A DNA stretch of 63,995 nt, counting the filler. It is 9 parts of 9 records of this genome, joined end to end, with 100 filler letters (N's around TTAATTAATTAA, not from the genome) between each part and the next. Parts side by side here need not be neighbours in the genome. Positions count along the whole stretch, not along the records: positions 25,072 to 30,471 come from SRR31156797_22096; positions 30,572 to 35,954 come from SRR31156797_22099; positions 36,055 to 47,368 come from SRR31156797_22114; 6 more parts are not named here. The stretch is one strand, 5' to 3'. The notes below the pieces were generated by a model, which was given only the letters and a program-made list of their open reading frames with translations, was not told where the DNA came from and did no database searches. A program made the position numbers and the translations under genes. Shown here in pieces: positions 29,024 to 39,005 of this stretch (position 1 is its first letter; each line of letters opens with the position of its first letter).

Positions 29024-29965
29024 ATGAAGAAAACAATTTATTTAATCATAATATTAATAATTTTATCTTTTATCTCTCTGGGGATAGGAGTAATCAATAT
29101 ATTTGATCTAAGCAATGGAATAGAAAAATCACACATGATACTTATTACAACTAGAATACCACGACTTGTTGCACTGATTCTATCAGCAATGGGATTATCT
29201 ATAAGTGGTGTTATCTTTCAGCAGATTAGTAGAAATAGATTTGTATCACCTAATACTGCAGGTACTATTGATGGTGCACAGCTTGGACTTGCATTATCAA
29301 TTATATTTTTCAAAACAGATACTGTTATTGGAAAGATAGGATTTTCTTTATTATTTGCACTATTAATCAGTGCAATTTTTATGGGAATCACATCAAAATT
29401 CAGAGCAAGAAAAACAACGTTTATACCTTTAATCGGTATTATGTTAGGTTCTTTTATTAGATCAATTACTGTTTTTTTGTCTTATAGATTTGATATTATT
29501 CAGACAGTTAGTTCTTGGTTTTATGGAGACTTTTCTAAAACAATTGCTGGTCAATATGAATTACTATATCTATCAATACCATTAATAATTCTTACATTGT
29601 ATTATGTTAATAAATTTACGATTGTTGCAATGGGAAGGGATTTTTCAGTTAATTTAGGAGTAAACTATAATTTATTCGTTAACTTAGGTTTAGTAGTAAT
29701 TGCGTTAATATCTTCCATTATAGTAATAATAGTAGGTAATGTTCCTTTTTTAGGATTGGTAATTCCTAATATTGTCTCAATGAGTTTTGGTGATAATATG
29801 AAAAATAATATAAAGTATGTTGCTCTCCTTGGAGCGTGTTTCTTAATATTTTGCGATATCATTGGTCGTATTGTGATATATCCATATGAAATCCCAATAG
29901 GTATTACAGCTGGAATATTTGGAGCAGTGCTTTTTATAACTATTATCTATAGGAGGACAAAATGA
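29024..29965 (+). CDS. Iron-siderophore ABC permease (FecCD family, FatD/YclN-like)
   Basis: TRIPRL, QQISRNRFVSP and FLGLVIPNIV motifs. Confidence 0.9.
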   Translation: MKKTIYLIIILIILSFISLGIGVINIFDLSNGIEKSHMILITTRIPRLVALILSAMGLSISGVIFQQISRNRFVSPNTAGTIDGAQLGLALSIIFFKTDTVIGKIGFSLLFALLISAIFMGITSKFRARKTTFIPLIGIMLGSFIRSITVFLSYRFDIIQTVSSWFYGDFSKTIAGQYELLYLSIPLIILTLYYVNKFTIVAMGRDFSVNLGVNYNLFVNLGLVVIALISSIIVIIVGNVPFLGLVIPNIVSMSFGDNMKNNIKYVALLGACFLIFCDIIGRIVIYPYEIPIGITAGIFGAVLFITIIYRRTK

Positions 29966-30471
29966 AAAGAAAACACTACATAATTTTAGCTTTTTTAATC
30001 ATGGCAATGTTATATCTTTTCCAAGGTTTAGATAGTGATACATTCTCATTTTTTATAGGCGGAAGAGTAGCGAAACTATTTCTTATGATAATCATAGGAA
30101 TAACTGTTGGGATATCATCAGGAGTATTTCAAACCCTTACTAATAATAGAATTTTAACACCTGGAATACTTGGAATAGATACTGTTTATCTATTTTTCAA
30201 CTTATTACTAATCTATTTTTCACCTAATGTTGAATCTATAATCAGTAAAAGTTATCTACATTTTTTCATTGTGTCGGTATTTACGATTTTATTTAGCTAT
30301 ATTATGTATACGATCATCTTTGGAAAACAAAATAGATCTATGAATACTGTTATTTTAACAGGAGTAGTATTTGGAACTTTATTAAAATCAATCTCATCTT
30401 TTCTGCAAATAATGCTTGACCCAAATGAGTTTTCACTCGTTCAAGATATGTCATTTGCAAGTATAAATAAT
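29962..30471 (+). CDS. Iron-siderophore ABC permease (FatC/YclO-like, 3' partial)
   Basis: FQTLTNNRILTPGILG and LDPNEF motifs. Confidence 0.88.
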
Positions 30472-30571
30472 NNNNNNNNNNNNNNNNNNNNNNNNNNNNN
30501 NNNNNNNNNNNNNNNTTAATTAATTAANNNNNNNNNNNNNNNNNNNNNNNNNNNNNNNNNNNNNNNNNNNN

Positions 30572-31041
30572 CCTGGGTACCCTGGATGGCACCGCTCTCC
30601 CGATCGATTCCCATCGGATTCGGGGTGGGCGCATTTTCCGTGGCTTTGGCCATTGGTACCCGGGGATATCTCGCACCGCTGGCCGAGGCCGGCACCATCT
30701 CGGCCGGTGCAGCTTTTGTCGTGCCGCTGATTCTGGCCTGGACCGTCGGCGTTTTGGCCTTCACCCCTCTTCTTTTCGGCAACTCGGCCAGCAACATCAA
30801 AACCCCAATCGTTCATGGGATGGGTATCATTGCCGCATTGAGCTATCTTCTTTTCGGAGAATCCATGAACCAGGACATGGCCATCATCATGGGGGCTGTG
30901 GTGGGTGTCCTTTATACCCTGCTGCAGGAGTGCATGGCCCGTCTTTTTTACAATCATGGCAGCAACCATGTGGACCCGCCGGCCTGCACGATTGCCACCG
31001 GCACCTTCATTTTAAACGGGATCAAACATTTCATCGGCTGA
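30572..31041 (+). CDS. Uncharacterised integral membrane protein (5' partial)
   Basis: Hydrophobic ORF ending HVDPPACTIA; co-oriented with the catabolic operon. Confidence 0.7.
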
Positions 31042-31218
31042 TGATGTGAAAGGACCTTCCTGGCGGAGAATTTGCCATGCTTGTCCCCCGATAATCACCC
31101 CAATGAGGGAGCAATTTTCCTTCTGTTGTGGGATTGCTTGACCTTACCCGGTTTGGTTTAATCGATAAATATCTTTTCTCATGAACACAACCCGACACTT
31201 TTAACCAAGGAGGCCATT

Positions 31219-32328
31219 ATGAGTCGTATGCTATTAGCACCCGGACGCTACATCCAAGGCGCCGGCGCCATTGATGAAATCGGTCAACATGCTGTTAAGT
31301 TTGGTACGAAAGCTTTGGTTACCGGCGGCCAGACGGCTTTGTCAATCTGTGCGGAAAGAATTTCCGCCAGCCTCGAATCAGCCGGCGTAGGTGCTATAAA
31401 AGAGAATTTTCTTGGCGAATGTTCCGATGAAGAGATTAATCGCCTGGTAAAGGTGGCCAAAGATGGGAGCTGTAATCTGATCATCGCGGCCGGCGGCGGT
31501 AAAATCATTGATACGGGAAAAGCAGTTGCCCATGACATGGGTGTGCCAGTGATCATCGTCCCTACCATCGCAGCGACCGATGCGCCTTGTTCAGCCCTTT
31601 CCGTTATCTATACTCCGGACGGCGTTTTTGAGCGCTACCTGGTATTACCTAACAATCCCCAGTGCGTATTGGTGGACACCAAGATTGTGGCCGAAGCACC
31701 GGCCCACTACCTCGTATCGGGAATGGGGGATGCGCTGGCTACCTTCTGGGAGGCAGACACCTGCGGCAAGAGCTGCAAACCGAATGCACTCACAGGTTCA
31801 ACGCCACCAACCATGTCGGCATTGGCGTTGGCTCGATTGTGTTACGATACACTGCTTGAACATGGTTTGAATGCCAAACTTGCCGTGGAACGTGATGTTG
31901 TGACCCCCGCAGTAGAAGCCATCGTGGAAGCCAATACCCTATTAAGTGGTTTGGGCTTTGAAAGCGGTGGGTTGGCAGGTTCGCACTCCGTTCACAACGG
32001 ATTGACGGTTCTTGAAAAATCCCATGGCAAATTACACGGCGAAAAAGTGGCTTTCGGTGTACTAACACAGCTAATCATGGAAGGGCGTCCTACGGAAGAT
32101 CTGGAAGATGTTCTTGATTTTTGCTTGAGCGTCGGTCTGCCGGTATGTTTCGAAGATTTGGGCATCACCAACCCCACTCAAAATGAGATTCGAGAAGTCG
32201 CTGAAGCAACAACCGCAGAGGGTGAAACAATTCATGCCACCTGGTTTGATGTAGACGCCGATAAAGTTGAAGCGGCTATTTGGACCGCAGATGCCATTGG
32301 TAGTCACTTTAAAAAGGAGGTGATGTAA
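31219..32328 (+). CDS. gldA: Glycerol dehydrogenase
   Basis: PGRYIQG, GGGK, PTIAATDAPCSALSV, SGLGFESGGLA..H and HGEKVAFG motifs. Confidence 0.92.
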   Translation: MSRMLLAPGRYIQGAGAIDEIGQHAVKFGTKALVTGGQTALSICAERISASLESAGVGAIKENFLGECSDEEINRLVKVAKDGSCNLIIAAGGGKIIDTGKAVAHDMGVPVIIVPTIAATDAPCSALSVIYTPDGVFERYLVLPNNPQCVLVDTKIVAEAPAHYLVSGMGDALATFWEADTCGKSCKPNALTGSTPPTMSALALARLCYDTLLEHGLNAKLAVERDVVTPAVEAIVEANTLLSGLGFESGGLAGSHSVHNGLTVLEKSHGKLHGEKVAFGVLTQLIMEGRPTEDLEDVLDFCLSVGLPVCFEDLGITNPTQNEIREVAEATTAEGETIHATWFDVDADKVEAAIWTADAIGSHFKKEVM

Positions 32329-32822
32329 TGGCGCTTCTCCCGGTCTCTGTTTCAATAGGTATTTTGTGCGCCATATGGTTCCATATCACCGTCTTGGTTC
32401 CATGGTTGATTGCATGGGTCGGTTATGCTGCCTGGGCAAGCTTTTATTACGCCGGGGGAGATGAAAAAGCCTTGCCCAAATCGCTTGCCGCCAACTTTGC
32501 GGGTATGATTCAGGGTGCACTCTTCTTTTGGCTCTGGACCCAGATCGGCGGGGGCAACATGATCGCGCTTTCCGTCATCATCGGGATCTTCTGTTTCGTC
32601 ATGACGATGGAGGGCAATATAGGTTTGCTGTCGGCCATTCCCGGGCAATTTGTTGGGGCAGCGGCCTATTTCGGTAATTTGGGGGCTCACGAAGGTGATA
32701 TCTGGGCTACGCTGATCAACACGCTAGTGTGCATGGCAATTGGCAACTTGGCCGGATTGCTGTCTGCAAAGCTACCGGCACTTTTCAAAAAGTCCGAACC
32801 TGCTGCAGAGTCTGTGGAATAG
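32328..32822 (+). CDS. DUF1097-like membrane protein
   Basis: WVGYAAWASFYYAGG and IPGQFVGAA motifs; stop/start overlap with gldA. Confidence 0.75.
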   Translation: MALLPVSVSIGILCAIWFHITVLVPWLIAWVGYAAWASFYYAGGDEKALPKSLAANFAGMIQGALFFWLWTQIGGGNMIALSVIIGIFCFVMTMEGNIGLLSAIPGQFVGAAAYFGNLGAHEGDIWATLINTLVCMAIGNLAGLLSAKLPALFKKSEPAAESVE

Positions 32823-33044
32823 AACTTAAAAAGCCGGGGCGCGGAAAGCCCCTAATTTGGATTTCATGTCTCCATTCGGATGGAGACCATGCTTCAGCAG
32901 GTTGAATTCCAGATGGATACATCCAGGGTCACCACCCACATTTTCTTAGTCGCTTCCAAAAAAGGGGGCGGCTTGAGAATCTTTTTGGATGTCAACCCGT
33001 TCGAGCTTAAACCCTATTTAATAATTTAATAAAGAGGAAAGATC

Positions 33045-33332
33045 ATGATTAAAGAAGCGTTGGGAATGATCGAAACAAAAGGCTTGGTGGCAAATATTGA
33101 GGCGTCGGATGCCATGGTCAAAGCCGCCAATGTCGTACTCGTCGGCCAGCGGCAGATTGGTGCCGGCCTGGTGACCACCATGGTCCGCGGGGATGTGGGC
33201 GCCGTGAAGGCTGCCACAGACGCCGGGGCAGCCGCAGCCGAAAAAGTCGGCTCCGTGGTTTCCGTGCATGTCATCCCAAGGCCCCATCAAGATGTGGAAT
33301 TGATTTTACCCACCGCCCCCACCGCGGAGTAG
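33045..33332 (+). CDS. pduA: BMC-H shell protein (PduA/PduJ/EutM-like)
   Basis: ALGMIETKG...DAMVKAANV...[10 protein letters not shown]...VHVIPRPH. Confidence 0.93.
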   Translation: MIKEALGMIETKGLVANIEASDAMVKAANVVLVGQRQIGAGLVTTMVRGDVGAVKAATDAGAAAAEKVGSVVSVHVIPRPHQDVELILPTAPTAE

Positions 33333-33385
33333 GGCCAAACCAAGTCATGTACTTCTTATAGGAGTTATTCAGGAGGAACAACCAG

Positions 33386-34204
33386 ATGGAAGAACAATTG
33401 ATTGAAAAAGTAATGCAGGAAGTCATGAAACGTGTTGGCGGCGGAGGAGCAGCGGAAGAACCGGCGAAGGAAGCCGCCAGTGACAACCCCGCCCCGGCAG
33501 TCCTCACCGAAGACTTGGTGCAGGTCACTGAATTTGTCGGTGCCGGCATCGGCGATACCATGGGGATTGTTATTGCCAATTTGGATTATACCATCCATGA
33601 AACCATGGGGTTCGACAAAAAATATCGCTCCATCGGTGTGATCGGTGGCCGCGTTGGGGCCGGTCCCCAGCTCATGGCGGCCGACGATGCCGTCAAAGCC
33701 ACCAACACGGAAATCATTCGGGTGGAAATGCCCCGGGATACCAAGGGCGGCGCCGGACATGGTAATCTCATTATTTTTGGAGCAGAGGATGTATCCGATG
33801 CCCGCCGCGCGGTGGAAGTGACCCTTGAAGTGCTGCCCAAATATTTCGGCGATGTGTATGCCAACGATGCCGGGTACACGGAAAACCAGTACTCCGCGAG
33901 AGCCAGTAAATGCCTCAATTTTGCACTCAAAGCCCCTGAAGGGAAGGCTTTTGGATTGATCCTGGGCGCACCTGCCGTGGTGGGCATGCTTATGATTGAC
34001 ACGGCCGTGAAAGCGGCCGATGTGGAGGTCGTCGGCTACGGATCCCCGGGCAACGGCACGTCAATGACCAACGAAGTGTTTATCTGGGTAACCGGAGACT
34101 CTGGGGCCGTTCGCCAGGCGGTGATCGCCGGACGGGATGTCGGCAACAAATTGTTGAGCGCCTGGGGCGAAGAGCCGAAAAGTATGACCACGCCGTATAT
34201 ATAG
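33386..34204 (+). CDS. pduB: BMC-T shell protein PduB
   Basis: TEFVG, PRDTKGGAGHG, QYSARAS and GDSGAVRQAV motifs; N-terminal amphipathic helix. Confidence 0.93.
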   Translation: MEEQLIEKVMQEVMKRVGGGGAAEEPAKEAASDNPAPAVLTEDLVQVTEFVGAGIGDTMGIVIANLDYTIHETMGFDKKYRSIGVIGGRVGAGPQLMAADDAVKATNTEIIRVEMPRDTKGGAGHGNLIIFGAEDVSDARRAVEVTLEVLPKYFGDVYANDAGYTENQYSARASKCLNFALKAPEGKAFGLILGAPAVVGMLMIDTAVKAADVEVVGYGSPGNGTSMTNEVFIWVTGDSGAVRQAVIAGRDVGNKLLSAWGEEPKSMTTPYI

Positions 34205-34217
34205 GGGGTAGAAGCAA

Positions 34218-35885
34218 ATGGCTAAACGACAAAAACGTTTTGAGGTACTGGCCGAACGGGCAGTTAATCAGGACGGATTCATAAAAGAGTGGGTGGATGT
34301 GGGCCTGGTGGCCATGGATAGCCCCAATGATCCTTCGCCCAGTATCAGGATTGAAAACGGATGCGTGGTGGAGATGGACGGCAAGCCCCGGGATCAATTC
34401 GATATGATCGATACCTGGATTGCCGATCATACCATCTCCACCGATGTGGCCGAAGAAGCCATGGGCATGGATTCCAATAAAATTGCCCGCATGCTGGTGG
34501 ACATCAATATCCCTCGGGAAGAGATTGTTCGCCTCTCGGTGGGGATGACCCCGGCCAAATATGTAGATGTCCTCAAGCAACTCAATGTGGTCGAGTTGAT
34601 GATGGCCATGCAGAAGCTGCGCAGCCGGCGGACACCCTCCAACCAGGCCCATGTGACCAATGTAAAAGACTGCGCGCCGCTGTTGGCCGCGGATGCCGCT
34701 GAAGCGACCCTAAGGGGTTTCGCCGAGATAGAGACCACGGTGGGAGTAGGACGCTATGCGCCCATGAACGCGCTCTCTCTGCTGGTGGGCGGTCAGACAG
34801 GCCGGCCCGGTGCCCTGGCCCAATGCGCCGTGGAAGAGGCTTTGGAATTGACCATGGGGATGAGGGGCTTGACGCATTATGCCGAAACCGTTTCGGTATA
34901 CGGCACGGAACAGGTTTTTGTGGACGGCGATGACACGCCCTGGTCTAAAAGTTTTCTCGCATCGGCCTATGCTTCCCGGGGGTTGAAAATGCGTTTTACC
35001 TCCGGCACCGGATCGGAAGTCCAGATGGGTTATGCCGAAGGCAAATCCATGCTCTACCTGGAAATCCGGTGTGTCATGGTTACCAAAGGTGCGGGGGTTC
35101 AGGGCCTGCAAAACGGCTCCATCAGTTGTGTGGGCGTTCCGGGCGCGGTACCCGCGGGTGTTCGGGCGATCCTGGCAGAGAATGTGGCCACGGTGCTCAA
35201 TGATCTCGAGGTGGCCTCTGGAAACGATCAAACCTTTACCCATTCTCCCATCCGTAACACAGCGCGTATGCTGATGCAGTTTCTGCCTGGCACCGATTTT
35301 ATCTTTTCGGGTTACAGCGCTTCTCCCAACTATGACAACATGTTCGCGGGATCCACCCACGATGTGGATGACTATGACGATATGCTGGTGCTCCAGCGGG
35401 ATCTGCAGACGGATATGTCTCTTCAACCGGTGAGCGAAGCCGATGTTATCGCCGCTCGTAACAAAGGGGTACGTGCACTTCAAGCCGTGTTTGAAGAACT
35501 CAATCTGCCGCCCATTACCGATGCTGAAGTCGAAGCGGCCACCTATGCCCATGGAAGTAATGATATGCCTGACCGCAATGTGCCGGAAGACCTGCGGGCC
35601 ATTGACGAGATGATGAATCGTGGGATCACCGGCCTGGATGTGGTACGGGCGCTGGCCAAACGTGGCTTCCAGGATGTGGCGGAAAGTGTGCTCAATATGC
35701 TCAAAGGAAAAGTCAGCGGGGATTATCTGCATACCTCGGCCATCTTCGATGCGGATTTCAACGTTATTTCTTCGGTCAATGATCTGAACGACTACACGGG
35801 ACCGGGGACCGGCTACCGGCTTGAGGGTGAGCGTTGGGAGAAATTGAAGGACATTCGTGCGGCCATCAGCCCTGAGGATGTTTAA
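34218..35885 (+). CDS. pduC: B12-dependent diol/glycerol dehydratase large subunit
   Basis: KRFEVL..R.VNQDGF, QAHVTN, ETVSVYGTE, DGDDTPWSK and MRFTSGTGSE motifs. Confidence 0.96.
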   Translation: MAKRQKRFEVLAERAVNQDGFIKEWVDVGLVAMDSPNDPSPSIRIENGCVVEMDGKPRDQFDMIDTWIADHTISTDVAEEAMGMDSNKIARMLVDINIPREEIVRLSVGMTPAKYVDVLKQLNVVELMMAMQKLRSRRTPSNQAHVTNVKDCAPLLAADAAEATLRGFAEIETTVGVGRYAPMNALSLLVGGQTGRPGALAQCAVEEALELTMGMRGLTHYAETVSVYGTEQVFVDGDDTPWSKSFLASAYASRGLKMRFTSGTGSEVQMGYAEGKSMLYLEIRCVMVTKGAGVQGLQNGSISCVGVPGAVPAGVRAILAENVATVLNDLEVASGNDQTFTHSPIRNTARMLMQFLPGTDFIFSGYSASPNYDNMFAGSTHDVDDYDDMLVLQRDLQTDMSLQPVSEADVIAARNKGVRALQAVFEELNLPPITDAEVEAATYAHGSNDMPDRNVPEDLRAIDEMMNRGITGLDVVRALAKRGFQDVAESVLNMLKGKVSGDYLHTSAIFDADFNVISSVNDLNDYTGPGTGYRLEGERWEKLKDIRAAISPEDV

Positions 35886-35911
35886 TAAAACCGGATAAAG
35901 GAGCACATACC

Positions 35912-35954
35912 ATGAAAATCACCGAAGAGATGGTCAAGGAAGTCATCCTCGAGG
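35912..35954 (+). CDS. pduD: Probable dehydratase medium subunit, start only (encapsulation-peptide-like MKITEEMVKEVILE)
   Basis: AAGGAG RBS, position directly after pduC, amphipathic helix; truncated by the contig end. Confidence 0.7.
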
Positions 35955-36054
35955 NNNNNNNNNNNNNNNNNNNNNNNNNNNNNNNNNNNNNNNNNNNNTT
36001 AATTAATTAANNNNNNNNNNNNNNNNNNNNNNNNNNNNNNNNNNNNNNNNNNNN

Positions 36055-36147
36055 GAGCAAATCGTAAGATTTGGCGGAGTTAATTAACCACATTTGTCGC
36101 AAAAGCTCGCTACGAGCACCTTTTGCTCTTTCGCAGGTGTTATATGC
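36055..36147 (-). mobile_element. attC-like cassette recombination site 1 (truncated by the contig end)
   Basis: The stop codon of the upstream gene lies in GCATATAAC, followed by N6-GAAAGAGC; the complementary arm TTTGCTC begins at the contig break. Confidence 0.6.
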
Positions 36148-37348
36148 TGGTTTTTTTAATCGTTAATCTATTCTTTTCCTCAGCAATTAACTTAGCAACA
36201 TCACTCGGAATTATATCTTGCTCCTCAGCTAGATTAAAATATTTAATCTTTAAGTCATTTAAAATAGTCAAATTGAAATCGTCAGCAATACAATGATTTT
36301 CATCAAGAATTGAGTCTAGAATTTTTTGTTGTTTGTCTTTTTCAATTCTATTCCATATACTAGGTTTAATAAACCAATGGTCTGAACCATAAATTAGACA
36401 GTTTTCAATTACACTCATCATCTTCAGTGGATTTTCAAATTGCGTCATAAAAGATTTGAGAGCATTATTATGTTTTTGTAAAGTTGAAAAGAATATATAA
36501 GTAGTATTAACATATGGAAGTATATTAATTACTACATATATTACTTTGTTATTAAAATAAAAATTGCCTTTCCCTGCAAGTGCGATTGGAATTTGTTCAT
36601 TAAAAGCTATGGCTACGCATGCAATTTTCTGAAATTTCTTTTTTTTCAAATCGTTTAATATATCATCACGATATGTATATAGGAATTTATTTAAGTTATT
36701 ATTGATTTTATTTAACTGTTTTTTAGCAAGTTTCAACCTATAATCCTCACTTTCAACATTTATATCATTAAACTTCAGATTCGGGTTATTTAAAACTTCA
36801 TTATCAAGATTTGAAATTATTGCATCTCTCATCATTTTATTACGAAATTTTAAATATCTTTTTATATCGTCTTTTATCGCCGCTATATGATGTTCACCTA
36901 TAACAATCTCTCGACAAACAGTTCTGTATAATTGTAATCCTATATGCTCTCCAGTGTTAAAATCTTTTTGGTTCTCAAACTCTCTAAACAGGTTTTCATG
37001 ATCCGAACAATAGCCCGGAAAAGTTGAAGCTTCATTAACTCCAACTGTTAACATTTCCATTTTTCCGTTCTTTAAATTAAAATTTGGTGTTAAAACATGA
37101 CTATTCTCGGCAAGTTCTTTTATTGAACTAGATTTTTGTATCGTATGGGATTTCTCAATGCTTTTTTTATTGCACCCATCAACAATACAAATTTGTTTCT
37201 TTTTCCAATATTTGAGTGCTTTAGGTCGACTATATTGGAACTTTAATCTCTCACGCTCATTGTCAAAAATAAAATCTGGATTAGACTGAAATTCGATCAA
37301 AGCCTTATCAATTGCAGCATTTATTTTATCACGTATCCTCTGTTCCAT
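36140..37348 (-). CDS. Hypothetical cassette protein with HNH-like/Zn motifs
   Basis: CxxxxC..SHTIQK and ASTFPGYCSDHE motifs; low GC; start MEQRIR lies just after attC-like site 2. Confidence 0.7.
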   Translation of the reverse strand: MEQRIRDKINAAIDKALIEFQSNPDFIFDNERERLKFQYSRPKALKYWKKKQICIVDGCNKKSIEKSHTIQKSSSIKELAENSHVLTPNFNLKNGKMEMLTVGVNEASTFPGYCSDHENLFREFENQKDFNTGEHIGLQLYRTVCREIVIGEHHIAAIKDDIKRYLKFRNKMMRDAIISNLDNEVLNNPNLKFNDINVESEDYRLKLAKKQLNKINNNLNKFLYTYRDDILNDLKKKKFQKIACVAIAFNEQIPIALAGKGNFYFNNKVIYVVINILPYVNTTYIFFSTLQKHNNALKSFMTQFENPLKMMSVIENCLIYGSDHWFIKPSIWNRIEKDKQQKILDSILDENHCIADDFNLTILNDLKIKYFNLAEEQDIIPSDVAKLIAEEKNRLTIKKTSI

Positions 37349-37367
37349 TTCTAAATCCGTGTTAAAC

Positions 37368-37502
37368 TTGCACATACGTTTGCGCTTAAAGAGTCGAGCC
37401 GACCTGGCAACAGTTCTCCGCTTTTTTAATGTTCCAAAGTAAAAATTTCTCACCGTCTTAAAAAAAGTATTTGAAGCATGCTCTTTCTAAGCGGTTGGCG
37501 GT
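37368..37502 (-). mobile_element. attC-like cassette recombination site 2
   Basis: Minus strand: ACCGCCAAC-CGCTTA-GAAAGAGC ... CTCTTTAAGCG-CAAAC-GTATGTGC, an imperfect inverted repeat with bulged bases that overlaps the upstream stop codon. Confidence 0.65.
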
Positions 37503-38803
37503 AGTTTTTTCTTGTGTTTATCCTCTTTATCCTCAATGATTCCAAGCTTTTGAAGATAATCATCGTCATACTTTATGTATTCATATTCTTCATTATAGAT
37601 GTCTTTGTAAACATCTTTAAACTTTTGTTCCTTTCGAATTTTATTAAACAGTGGCCATTCTTTGTATCCTACTTGAGGGAGTTCGTCTTCATCAACGCCA
37701 ATTTTTCTCATCAATTTATATACTTTATCATAATCGTCTAGCAAAACTGCCTTTGAAAGCTTAAATTTATCACTCATTGCAGACCAATCCATATTCTTCA
37801 TCATTTTTTCACATACTTCAGTTTGTTCATCCCACTTATATGCTTGTGCTTTATTTACATTAAACACAAGCTTAAACTCCTGTGAACTATGTTTTTTTAG
37901 AGTATTAGTTGCGAATTCAGACAAATTAATTGCAAGCTTATACTCTTTTCGTTGCAAAAGACGATAAATTATATCATTCAAATTTTCATCAGCTTCTTCA
38001 ACATCTTTTGGTAATAATTTCCTCCAAATTACTTGAGATAATTTAACTCCTATTTCAAATAGAACACTATATACTCTAGCAAGATATTTCTCATCAACAG
38101 TAAGCTCATCTCCTGTTGTTAAAACAGTTTCAAATTTTACATTATGTTTATTGCAGACGGAGATATATTGACTTGAAATAACACCATTCGAATGCACAAA
38201 TAAATTTCGTCGTTCAGTAATTTCAATAAAGTCACACCAAGAATCTAAATCTTTAGTTAAAACCATTCCAAGTTTATTTTCTAGCCATTTAAACTGGTTT
38301 GCATGGTTATCTCGAAGTACCGTTTCAATTTCTTTCTCAATAATATATTCTTTTGCCTCTTCGATAGAAGAATATTCTGTAAGTTTACTAAAAGTAAGAT
38401 TCTTATCTGAACTATTTAATAGTTCAGGTTTTAAGACAAATATTTTTCGAATTATGCTCCCAATATATGCATCAAATTGACTGACTAATGAAACAATGAA
38501 ATTACGTCTAATCAATTTTTGAGCTAAAAAAGAATTTTTAGCTTTTTTATCAAGGTCTAAATATTTGTTAATATGTTTAAATTCAATTTTTGTTGTTTCA
38601 TTGCCATCATCATCAGTTCCCACAATCCCTTTTTCCTGAATATATTCTTGTCGTTTTTTCTCTGAAGTCATTTGAGTAATTTTCAGTATCATATTGACCA
38701 AAGGATTTGTTTGGAACAAACTATCAATGTGATCAATAAATAAGTCGATTTCTTTTTTGAAACCATTTTTCATTTCGTCAGTATTATTATCTTCTTTCAT
38801 CAA
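37487..38803 (-). CDS. HEPN-domain protein (putative RNase / defence effector)
   Basis: IVSLVSQFDAYI helix, RxxxxH motif (ERRNLFVHSNG), helical C-terminal half. Confidence 0.7.
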   Translation of the reverse strand: MMKEDNNTDEMKNGFKKEIDLFIDHIDSLFQTNPLVNMILKITQMTSEKKRQEYIQEKGIVGTDDDGNETTKIEFKHINKYLDLDKKAKNSFLAQKLIRRNFIVSLVSQFDAYIGSIIRKIFVLKPELLNSSDKNLTFSKLTEYSSIEEAKEYIIEKEIETVLRDNHANQFKWLENKLGMVLTKDLDSWCDFIEITERRNLFVHSNGVISSQYISVCNKHNVKFETVLTTGDELTVDEKYLARVYSVLFEIGVKLSQVIWRKLLPKDVEEADENLNDIIYRLLQRKEYKLAINLSEFATNTLKKHSSQEFKLVFNVNKAQAYKWDEQTEVCEKMMKNMDWSAMSDKFKLSKAVLLDDYDKVYKLMRKIGVDEDELPQVGYKEWPLFNKIRKEQKFKDVYKDIYNEEYEYIKYDDDYLQKLGIIEDKEDKHKKKLPPTA

Positions 38804-39005
38804 TTCCCAGTATATTTTTTATATTTCACTATATAACACGATTTTTCCTTGCTTTATGAAAACACAACGTCGAACATCGCTAATTACCGCAACTAGAAGC
38901 TATCAGTAGTTACCTATCAATAGCCAACCACCGCTGGGTGGCTAAGTGTACCTTTGAGGTACGGTTATTCACTTCACGTCTATAAAAGTAGCAAAACAAT
39001 GCTAC

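Noticed and set aside
31042-31218. Possible cobalamin riboswitch upstream of gldA
   Set aside because: No recognisable B12-box or conserved core; an Rfam scan would be needed.
34710-35906. 398-aa antisense ORF over pduC
   Set aside because: Shadow ORF typical of GC-rich coding DNA; no recognisable motifs.
37349-37453. N-terminal 35 aa of the ORF called 36140..37453
   Set aside because: This stretch reads through the attC-like site; the likely start is ATG 37348.
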